DNA of 15,865 nt from Promethearchaeota archaeon (lineage in GTDB: Archaea; Asgardarchaeota; Lokiarchaeia; Sigyniarchaeales; SOKP01), in the NCBI GenBank assembly GCA_048938005.1, contig JBHLMQ010000064.1, forward strand, positions 1-15,865, written 5' to 3'. Below the pieces are notes generated by a model, which worked only from the letters and a program-made list of their open reading frames with translations, was not told the DNA's origin and did not search any database. Of this stretch, positions 7,827 to 15,188 are shown in pieces. How positions within the stretch are numbered: position 1 is the first letter of the stretch; each line of letters starts with the position of its first letter. The translations under genes were made by a program, and so were the position numbers.

Positions 7827-9007
7827 TATTTGGCCACCTCCCTTATAACTTTTAAAATATCATTTGGGTGATGGAAGTCGACTACTTTCGGAATTCTTAT
7901 AATGGGAGTTTCAAGTTTAGTAACCCTTTCAACTTGTTCTGCTATAAAACCGGTATAATTTAATTCTGGTACTATGATTGCCTTAGCATCTTTGACTACA
8001 TTTCTTACTTTATCATCTGGAAAAGGCCATACTGTTATTAATCTAAATATTCCAACTTTTATCCCTTCTTTGCGAGCGACATCAACAGCTCGATAGCTCG
8101 TTCTTACTGGTAAACCATAGGAAATAATAACTATATCTGCATCATCCAACTTATATGTTTCTGTTAAAGAAATTTTATCCATATTAGACCTTATTTTCTC
8201 AAATAACGTTTCTGTATATTCTAATACCCTAGAAGTTGGAAGTCCTATTGAATTATGAGGTTGATGAAGAAACATTAATGGGCAATAATCTGTCCCTATT
8301 ATTGGAGGTTTTGGGATAATATATTCTCCAGTATTCTCATCTTTATATGAAAATTTATTTTTAAAATCTTTCGGTAATTCACGATTAATTACTCTCTTCA
8401 ATATTTCTTCACTTGATGGAATATTAACTGACTCATGAAGATGACCTAAATACGCGTCAGAAATAATAAATACAGGACAACGATAAGTTTCAGCAAAATT
8501 AAATGCAGTAATGGTTAAATCGAAAAGTTCTTGGCAATTCATCGGTGCCAAGGCAATAACTTGAAATTCTCCATTTCCAGGGAAACGTATCATCCCTAAA
8601 TCATTATGATGTGGTTCTGTGACGAATCCAGTTCCAGGCCCATTTCTCATAACATCTGCAAAAACAAAAGGGATTTCAAGATTAGCTGCCATGCTTATTG
8701 TTTCGACCATTAAAGAAAATCCAGGTCCTGAGGTGGCTGTCATGGATTTTGCTCCTACTAATGATGCTCCAATAACTGCATTAATGGATGCTAATTCATC
8801 CTCCATCTGTATACAACAACCACCTATTTCGGGTAATCGTTTAGCAAAATGTTCGATAACTTCCGTACTTGGAGTAATCGGATATCCTCCAAAAAATTTA
8901 AGACCTGCTGCAATAGCTCCTTCTGCCATAGCAACATTACCCATTAAAACATGGGTGCCCTCTGGTAAAAATTTCATACTTTTTTCTCCACTCAATCTAT
9001 TCACCAT
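7826..9007 (-). CDS. korA: 2-oxoacid:ferredoxin oxidoreductase alpha subunit
   Basis: GNVAMAEGAIAAG, GYPITPSTE, QMEDELAS, TATSGPGFSLM and RLITVWPFP motifs. Confidence 0.92.
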   Translation of the reverse strand: MVNRLSGEKSMKFLPEGTHVLMGNVAMAEGAIAAGLKFFGGYPITPSTEVIEHFAKRLPEIGGCCIQMEDELASINAVIGASLVGAKSMTATSGPGFSLMVETISMAANLEIPFVFADVMRNGPGTGFVTEPHHNDLGMIRFPGNGEFQVIALAPMNCQELFDLTITAFNFAETYRCPVFIISDAYLGHLHESVNIPSSEEILKRVINRELPKDFKNKFSYKDENTGEYIIPKPPIIGTDYCPLMFLHQPHNSIGLPTSRVLEYTETLFEKIRSNMDKISLTETYKLDDADIVIISYGLPVRTSYRAVDVARKEGIKVGIFRLITVWPFPDDKVRNVVKDAKAIIVPELNYTGFIAEQVERVTKLETPIIRIPKVVDFHHPNDILKVIREVAK

Positions 9008-9008
9008 A

Positions 9009-9284
9009 CTAAATTTTTACTTTTTCAGTCGCAATTTCTTTTTCTTCTTCTAAAACATAAATACTCCAATCAGGACAGCAATATTCACATCTACGGCACC
9101 CAGTGCAATACGCCGCTTTCCCTTCTTTTACTTTAGGGATATATGCAATTCTATAATTTAATTCATCACTCATTTCCAAAATACCTGTTGGACATATAAC
9201 TACGCAAGCCCTGCAACCACCACATCTGTCCCTATTTAGGAATAAAGAAAAGTTTTTTTCTTTATTTTCTATTAATTTCGGCAT
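9009..9284 (-). CDS. korD: 2x[4Fe-4S] ferredoxin / 2-oxoacid:ferredoxin oxidoreductase delta subunit
   Basis: CGGCRACVVICP and CTGCRRCEYCCPD motifs; 1 bp from the alpha subunit start. Confidence 0.88.
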   Translation of the reverse strand: MPKLIENKEKNFSLFLNRDRCGGCRACVVICPTGILEMSDELNYRIAYIPKVKEGKAAYCTGCRRCEYCCPDWSIYVLEEEKEIATEKVKI

Positions 9285-9314
9285 TTTATCAACTTTTAAG
9301 AAGAGTACTTAATT

Positions 9315-9325
9315 AAAAAAAAAAA
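9315..9325 (-). terminator. T11 tract, possible terminator after the MttB-family gene
   Basis: Eleven consecutive A on the + strand (T on the minus strand), about 30 nt downstream of the TGA stop at 9355-9357. Confidence 0.5.
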
Positions 9326-9354
9326 TCTTTGAATTGTTATTAATTTAGGGAAAT

Positions 9355-10782
9355 TCACTTTAAATGTTCATTTGCAATTTTATCCAATTCTTTTACGAGT
9401 TCTTCACTAATGGGTTTAATTGGCGATTTATTTAGCAATTTTGAAGCTTGCTCTTTTGCCCTCTGTCTTGCAGATTTGGATCCTGCCTCTCTCCACGAAT
9501 CACGAGTCATTCTGTCAATAATTAAACTAGGGAGGAACAATTCTTTTTTAAAATATTTCAAAGTTGAAGGATGAGATAATAATTCTTCTTTATCTCCATA
9601 ATCTTTCAGGATTTCTGACGCAAAGGGGGATCCATAATCTTCAATACCTTGGAGAAATCTCTTAACCATCCCTATAATTTCATTATCAATTATTAACTTT
9701 TCAATACTCTGCGTGGATTCAAAATCAAGCATTCCGGGCCCAGAAACCATATTAATTCCTGCTAATCCTGCTAATAATGCTCCCATTCCCGCCTCGAAAC
9801 CAGCTTGACTATCAGGAATTTTAGAATCACTTAAACTCATATAAGCATGAGTAGGTATGTTCAAAAACTTTCCTATCTCAATATCACCTAAATTTATCAT
9901 CATTGTTTCAATTGCCCCCATAGGAGTTGTTCCGTATTTCATATCAAAAACAGCAGGAGAACCACCCCATATCAATGGCGCTGCCTTTTTCGTTAATTGA
10001 ACAATTACTACTCCTGCAAGGCATTCAGCACAGTGTTGGGTAATAGATCCTATTAAAGTGATTGGAGCATTAGCGCCAGCTAACGGCATTGAAACAAATT
10101 CCGAAGGGATCATACTTTTAGCTGCATCAATTAAAGATTGAGTTGTAAGATCAGACCATTTAAGAGGGGGGCTAGGACAAGCATCAAATATGGCTAATGG
10201 CTTTCTTGCTAAATCAACTTCTGATAATCTACATGCTAAAAGGATTTTTTGCATAATCGAAAAACTTTCTTTACGAAATGTTCCAGTTACAATAGGCTTA
10301 TAACAGTTAGATAAAGCAATATATAATCTATGCCAATCTTGGGCTTTTTTTGGAACATCCTGATAAATTAAAGCTGTACTTTGAGCATCAATATATTTTA
10401 ATTGCTCAACAACCTTTGAAAATCTGATAAAATCTTTTGATAAACCCTCTCTAATTTCTCCTGTTTCCTCATCAAGTATAAAAATAGCAGCGGATCCAGG
10501 ATCAAAATTAACATTATCTTTCTTTAGTGAAATATGTTTATTACCCTCTCGATCATAAAGATTAATTTCACTTGGTACAGTTTTTAAACATTTATCAATC
10601 AAATCTGGTGGAATAAAAAAACGTGAATCCTTATTGTCTATATTATGTTGATTAAATAGTTCAATTGCCTCTTGATTCTCAATAAAGATGCCTTGAACTT
10701 CAAGAATAGATTTTGCTTCCTCTAGGATTAATTTTTTATGTTCGTCATCTAAAATTTTTATCTTTGGTCGAATAATAGGCAT
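9355..10782 (-). CDS. mttB: Trimethylamine methyltransferase (MttB) superfamily protein, non-pyrrolysine type (amine/betaine:corrinoid methyltransferase)
   Basis: 475 aa. SPPLKW, GANAPITLIGSITQHCAECLAG, DMKYGTTPMGAIE, SDSKIPDSQAGFE and GMLD...SIEKLIIDNEI are MttB-family motifs. There is no in-frame TAG; Leu (TTA 9832-9834) precedes SDSK at the Pyl-equivalent position. Confidence 0.9.
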   Translation of the reverse strand: MPIIRPKIKILDDEHKKLILEEAKSILEVQGIFIENQEAIELFNQHNIDNKDSRFFIPPDLIDKCLKTVPSEINLYDREGNKHISLKKDNVNFDPGSAAIFILDEETGEIREGLSKDFIRFSKVVEQLKYIDAQSTALIYQDVPKKAQDWHRLYIALSNCYKPIVTGTFRKESFSIMQKILLACRLSEVDLARKPLAIFDACPSPPLKWSDLTTQSLIDAAKSMIPSEFVSMPLAGANAPITLIGSITQHCAECLAGVVIVQLTKKAAPLIWGGSPAVFDMKYGTTPMGAIETMMINLGDIEIGKFLNIPTHAYMSLSDSKIPDSQAGFEAGMGALLAGLAGINMVSGPGMLDFESTQSIEKLIIDNEIIGMVKRFLQGIEDYGSPFASEILKDYGDKEELLSHPSTLKYFKKELFLPSLIIDRMTRDSWREAGSKSARQRAKEQASKLLNKSPIKPISEELVKELDKIANEHLK

Positions 10783-10809
10783 TTAGATATTCTCCCTTAT
10801 TTTATAATT

Positions 10810-11688
10810 CTAAAGAGAATCAATAATTCTTCGGATTTCTTTAATTGTTTTTGGAGATGTGCCACAACATCCCCCAACGATTTTTGCTCCTAGTTCAATC
10901 ATTTCTTGAATGTCATTAGCAAATCGCTTTATAGGTTGTTCATAATAAGTTTTATCCCCTTTAATTATAGGTTGACCTGCATTAGGTTTTACTGAAAGTG
11001 GTTTATTGGTAACTTCTACTGCATCCTTTAACAATTCAAGCATATCATTGGATCCTAATGTACAATTTGCTCCAATTACATCTACATTCTCATTATCTAA
11101 AGCTTTGATACATTTTTCCAATGAATTTCCCATTATTGTAAAGAAACCTCTTTTAGTCTTTTTATATGTAATTGAGGCAATTAAAGGTTTCTTAGAGACT
11201 TCTCGTACTGCTTTAATTGCTGTTAACATTTCTTCAAGATCCGAAATTGTTTCAATATGCCAAAGATCAACACCTTTTTCCAACAATTTTGCTTGAGTCG
11301 AGAAGCTAGAATACCATTGCTCATTAGAAGCATTTCCTATTGGTGGTCTAAATTCTCCTGTAGGCCCGATATCACCTACAATCAAGCATCTAGAAGGGCA
11401 TACCTTTTTTATATTTTTTAAAGCATTTTCTATAATCTCTTCAATTCGACTTTCAAGATTATGATGACTTAAATTCAAAGGAGTTGAGCCAAAAGTATTT
11501 GTTTGACACATATCTGAGCCAGCATCATAATATGATTTATGAATTTCAGAAATTATTTCTGGTTGTTCGATATTTAAGATATCTGGAATTTTCCCAGATG
11601 TTACCTTTCTTTTAATTAATTCAGTTCCAAATCCTCCATCGAAGAGTATGATCTTGGAATCATCATTTAACCAATCTTGAAATGACAT
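10810..11688 (-). CDS. Stand-alone homocysteine S-methyltransferase (MetH N-terminal / BHMT-type Zn-binding domain)
   Basis: LFDGGFGTEL, IHKSYYDAGSD, TNTFG, GDIGPTG, IETISDLEE, IGANC, KPNAGQP and IVGGCCGTSP motifs (three Zn-ligand Cys). At 292 aa it has no pterin- or B12-binding domain. Confidence 0.92.
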   Translation of the reverse strand: MSFQDWLNDDSKIILFDGGFGTELIKRKVTSGKIPDILNIEQPEIISEIHKSYYDAGSDMCQTNTFGSTPLNLSHHNLESRIEEIIENALKNIKKVCPSRCLIVGDIGPTGEFRPPIGNASNEQWYSSFSTQAKLLEKGVDLWHIETISDLEEMLTAIKAVREVSKKPLIASITYKKTKRGFFTIMGNSLEKCIKALDNENVDVIGANCTLGSNDMLELLKDAVEVTNKPLSVKPNAGQPIIKGDKTYYEQPIKRFANDIQEMIELGAKIVGGCCGTSPKTIKEIRRIIDSL

Positions 11689-11720
11689 ATTTTATTTAAT
11701 CACTCCAAAAACTATAAAAA

Positions 11721-12368
11721 TTACTTATTTATAAGAGATTTAACTAATTTGACAGCTTCAATAGCATTTTCAGCAAATCCATCAGCATTACACTCTTCTA
11801 CCCATTTGCTTGTTACAGGAGCACCTCCGAGAATGACCTTGAACCTGTCAGCCATTTTTTTTTCTTTTAAATGATCAATAACTTTTTTCTGTCCAATCAT
11901 GGTAGTTGTTAAAAGAGCAGAAACACCAATTATGTTAGCATCTTTTTCTATAGCTTTTGCGATAATTGTTTCAACAGGAACATCCGCACCTAAATCATAT
12001 ACTTCATAACCATAAGCTCTTAACATTGTAGCTACAATAGTTTTTCCGATCGAATGAATATCTCCCTCTATTGTTGCCATTACAACGATACCACGGGAAA
12101 TTTTGTTCAATGTATCTTGAAGATGTGGAATTAGAAGATCTAAACAATTTTGCATTATTTGTGCTCCACGCATTAACTCGGGTAAGAAATATTCACCATC
12201 TTCCCATAATTCTCCAACTTTCCGAATTCCAGCGGCAAATCCGTTTTCAATAACATCAAGTAAATTCATACTTTCCTTTATGGCTTTATTTGCATATTCA
12301 AGGGCTTTTTCTTCGTCTAAATTTACGATAGCTGATGATATCTCTTCATAAACTTCTTCTTTTGACAC
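11721..12368 (-). CDS. Methyltransferase cognate corrinoid protein (MttC/MtbC/MetH cap + B12-binding domain)
   Basis: VGELWEDGEYFLPELM cap motif, EGDIHSIGK (DxHxxG base-off His-on), SALLTTTM and GGAPV; GTG start preceded by GGAG. Confidence 0.93.
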   Translation of the reverse strand: MSKEEVYEEISSAIVNLDEEKALEYANKAIKESMNLLDVIENGFAAGIRKVGELWEDGEYFLPELMRGAQIMQNCLDLLIPHLQDTLNKISRGIVVMATIEGDIHSIGKTIVATMLRAYGYEVYDLGADVPVETIIAKAIEKDANIIGVSALLTTTMIGQKKVIDHLKEKKMADRFKVILGGAPVTSKWVEECNADGFAENAIEAVKLVKSLINK

Positions 12369-12515
12369 TTTGATTTCTCCAGAAAATTAGTTAAATCATA
12401 ATTAAAAGTAAAAATATTACTTATTTACATATATGAAATTAATAAAACCTTTTTGTTAAATCGAAAAAAATATTTGTTAATGTTCTTTTTTAAATTCAGT
12501 TCTAAATAAACAAAA
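12369..12515. promoter_or_regulatory. Divergent AT-rich promoter region (methyltransferase cluster / hisS)
   Basis: 147-bp head-to-head intergenic region, very AT-rich, with several TATA-like stretches; no structured riboswitch is evident. Confidence 0.45.
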
Positions 12516-13892
12516 TTGAGTGATTGGATGTCTAAAAAGTTTTCTAAAGAACCACTTAGAGGAATGGATGACTATTACCCAGCTGATTTGCGCGAGGTTA
12601 ATTGGATAATTGAAAACATTAAAGATGTTGCAGAAAGATATGGTTATGAAGAATATGAAACTCCACAAATAGAGCCTGTTGAAATTTTTGCTGCTAAATC
12701 TTCTGATGAATTGGTTAATGAACAATCATTTATAATGGAAAAAAAAGAAGGAGAAAGACTTATTTTAATCCCAGAACTTACTCCCTCTTTAGCTCGAATG
12801 GTTGCAAAGAAAAGCCAAGAGCTCAAGAAACCTATTCGGTGGTTTTCTATACCAACATGTTTCAGATATGAAAGACCTCAGAAGGGTCGCCGAAGGGCTT
12901 TCATTCAACCTAATATAGATATTTTAGGTGAAGAAAGTCTTTATGCGGATCTTGAGATCTTCAACATAATTGTAGATATTTTTACTCAATTTGGAGCTAC
13001 TTCAGAGCAATTTCAAATTTATTATAATAGCAGACGATTTATGGACTCAGTATGTAAGTATATACTTGAAATAAGAGAAGATATGTCGCCTTTAGTTTTC
13101 AAAATATTAGATAAATCTGATAAAATGGATGATACTGAATTTGAAAAACTTGTAATTGAGACATTTCAAGATGAAGTTATAATTCAAGGCATATTAAAAT
13201 TGAAAGATGCTAAAGGTGTTAGTGAGTTATTAAAAAAATTTGATAATATACCAGAAGGATTTTATGAGTCTAAAGGTTATCTCGAATTGATAAATTTTGA
13301 ACAATTAATAAAAGAAGTAGATATTTCTAATTACTGTACATTTTCTTCAGGAACAGTCAGGGGACTTGATTATTATACTGGAATAATTTATGAAGTATTT
13401 GATACTGGAAAAGAAAATATAAGAAGTATTTTTGGAGGAGGTCGCTATGATGACCTTCTATCAATATTTTCAGATGAAAAAATAACTGGTACAGGATTTG
13501 GTATGGGAGTTTATATGTTTTCCTTGTTTTTAAAAACTTACAATTTAATTCCAGAGGAAATTAAAGAGAAAGACTATAGTGATACAATATACATTGCATC
13601 TATAAATGAAGATATGTCAACATATGCATTTGAACTTGCTAGAACTATCCGGGACGAAGATTTTCCATGTATTATTGATTATAGATTTAAAAACCTAAAA
13701 AATCAATTAAAAAAAGCCAGTGATTTAGGAATTATTATCGTTTTAATTTTAGGACCAGAAGAATTAGCAGAAAGAAAAGTAACAATTAGGAATATGATCT
13801 CTGAAGAACAAAAAACTATTTTTTTCGATGAAGTAATAGATGAGATCTACCAAATTATTGATGAATTTAGCGATAATAAATTTGACCAATAA
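12516..13892 (+). CDS. hisS: Histidine--tRNA ligase
   Basis: RGMDDY, PELTPSLAR, FRYERPQKGR, VRGLDYYTG, GGGRYDDL and GFGMG motifs plus a C-terminal anticodon-binding domain. The start is TTG 12516 or ATG 12528. Confidence 0.96.
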   Translation: MSDWMSKKFSKEPLRGMDDYYPADLREVNWIIENIKDVAERYGYEEYETPQIEPVEIFAAKSSDELVNEQSFIMEKKEGERLILIPELTPSLARMVAKKSQELKKPIRWFSIPTCFRYERPQKGRRRAFIQPNIDILGEESLYADLEIFNIIVDIFTQFGATSEQFQIYYNSRRFMDSVCKYILEIREDMSPLVFKILDKSDKMDDTEFEKLVIETFQDEVIIQGILKLKDAKGVSELLKKFDNIPEGFYESKGYLELINFEQLIKEVDISNYCTFSSGTVRGLDYYTGIIYEVFDTGKENIRSIFGGGRYDDLLSIFSDEKITGTGFGMGVYMFSLFLKTYNLIPEEIKEKDYSDTIYIASINEDMSTYAFELARTIRDEDFPCIIDYRFKNLKNQLKKASDLGIIIVLILGPEELAERKVTIRNMISEEQKTIFFDEVIDEIYQIIDEFSDNKFDQ

Positions 13893-14003
13893 ATATTTTA
13901 TTTTATGATATCAGATATTGGATTTAAAATACCCGAAGAGATTAAAAGGAATCCAGAATCGAAACTGGGTCTCTTCTTAAATTAATCGAGGTTTATAATT
14001 AAT

Positions 14004-14972
14004 ATGAATAATTGGTTAAAAAAGTTGAAATATGATCCTTTATCCAGTTTATCTAGTACAAAAAATAAAGCAATTCAATATTTCGTCAAGCGAGATCTAT
14101 TAGAAGAGGAGGTTGAGCCAATCGAAACGATTTGGGAAGAATTATACGCACAAAAAATAATACGGAAGCAATTAACCGATGGATCATGGAAACCAACCGG
14201 AAAATCTAGTCAATATAACGAGAATAGGCACTTATGGGCGGTTTTTAAGAGTCTGAGAGAGTTAATACCTAAGTATGGCTTAAATAAAAAGCACGAATGT
14301 GCGCAAAAAGCCGCTGAGTTTATTTTTAGATGTCAAACAGAGGAAGGTGATATTAGAGGTATTTACGCGAATCAATATATGCCTAATTATATGGGTGCTT
14401 TGATGGAACTCTTAAATAAAGCAGAATTCCACGACGATCCAAGAATGGAGAAGGGATTTCAATGGTTTCTCTCGATGAGACACATGGATGGAGGTTGGGG
14501 ATTGCCTATGTTAACAAAATCCCTTCCTTGGCAAGAGGTTTACACCTTACCCAAACCAATTTCCCCTGATAAAACAAAACCTTCCTCGCACTGGTTAACA
14601 GGAATGGTGCTGCGAGCGTTTGCCACTCATCCTAAATACAAAAATTGTAAAGAGGCAAAAGAGGCGGGAACTCTTCTAATTTCCCGATTTTTTCAAAGAG
14701 ATAAATATAGTTCACGACAAGATAAAAGTTATTGGGTCAAATTTTACATTCCATTTTTTTGGACCGACATTTTATCGGCTTTGGATACAGTTTCAAAGCT
14801 AGGATTTTCTAAAGACGAGCCTAAGATTAAAGAAGGGCTTCAATATTTTATAGACGAGCAACAATCAGATGGTCGTTGGAGTTTGCACTTTATGATGATG
14901 AAGAACGATCCTGATAACTCTTATTGGTTCGATTTGGAAGTCTGCCGGGTTTTTAAGAGGTTTTATAATTAA
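14004..14972 (+). CDS. Prenyltransferase/squalene-cyclase (QW) repeat alpha/alpha-barrel protein, function unknown
   Basis: QW-like motifs KQLTDGSW, CQTEEGDI, MRHMDGGW and EQQSDGRW; GAGGT SD upstream; 322 aa (one barrel); no DxDD cyclase motif in the expected context. Confidence 0.72.
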   Translation: MNNWLKKLKYDPLSSLSSTKNKAIQYFVKRDLLEEEVEPIETIWEELYAQKIIRKQLTDGSWKPTGKSSQYNENRHLWAVFKSLRELIPKYGLNKKHECAQKAAEFIFRCQTEEGDIRGIYANQYMPNYMGALMELLNKAEFHDDPRMEKGFQWFLSMRHMDGGWGLPMLTKSLPWQEVYTLPKPISPDKTKPSSHWLTGMVLRAFATHPKYKNCKEAKEAGTLLISRFFQRDKYSSRQDKSYWVKFYIPFFWTDILSALDTVSKLGFSKDEPKIKEGLQYFIDEQQSDGRWSLHFMMMKNDPDNSYWFDLEVCRVFKRFYN

Positions 14973-15057
14973 TAATTATTAATTAAAAAAATTGATTTCA
15001 ATAAGAAGGCATTCAAATCGCTAATTTTTTTAGAAACTACCTCCTATTTATATTCAG

Positions 15058-15122
15058 ATAGAACATTTTAAGAGATTTAAGGATAAAATATCCTTGCCAA
15101 AAATTTCTAAAATGTTGACTAT
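15058..15122. other. Long imperfect inverted repeat / hairpin upstream of pyrF
   Basis: aaggata(15079-85)-aaa-tatcctt(15089-95) is a perfect 7-bp stem. It is enclosed by gagattt/aaatttc and by the perfect 9-bp pair aacatttta(15062-70)/taaaatgtt(15108-16), extendable by atag/ctat. Confidence 0.55.
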
Positions 15123-15188
15123 TCATTGTTAAAAATTATTAAGTGCATTATCAAGATTATTTAAAATTAACAAAAATCTTTACTAATT

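Noticed and set aside
9009-10812. Pyrrolysine or selenocysteine read-through at TAG (9009-9011, 10810-10812) or TGA (9355-9357) stops
   Set aside because: All three proteins are full length for their families at these stops, and no pyl/sel genes or convincing recoding element are present.
4544-11296. + strand ORFs 4544..4987, 5054..5353, 7027..7272, 8619..9053 and 11006..11296
   Set aside because: Antisense shadows of well-supported minus-strand enzymes.
12369-12515. Cobalamin or SAM riboswitch ahead of the corrinoid/methionine genes
   Set aside because: The region is short and extremely AT-rich, with no B12-box or S-box consensus and no stable stems.
12071-12826. ORFs 12071..12253 (+), 12477..12725 (-) and 12644..12826 (-)
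   Set aside because: Antisense to the corrinoid gene or hisS; short and featureless.
14004-14972. Squalene-hopene or oxidosqualene cyclase
   Set aside because: Only about half the length, and it lacks the DxDD/DCTAE catalytic motif; only the QW repeats are shared.
15050-15130. SECIS-like element on the minus strand (AUGA ... UGA flanking the hairpin)
   Set aside because: The stem between the putative core motifs is far longer than in SECIS elements, and no UGA-containing selenoprotein gene is nearby on that strand.
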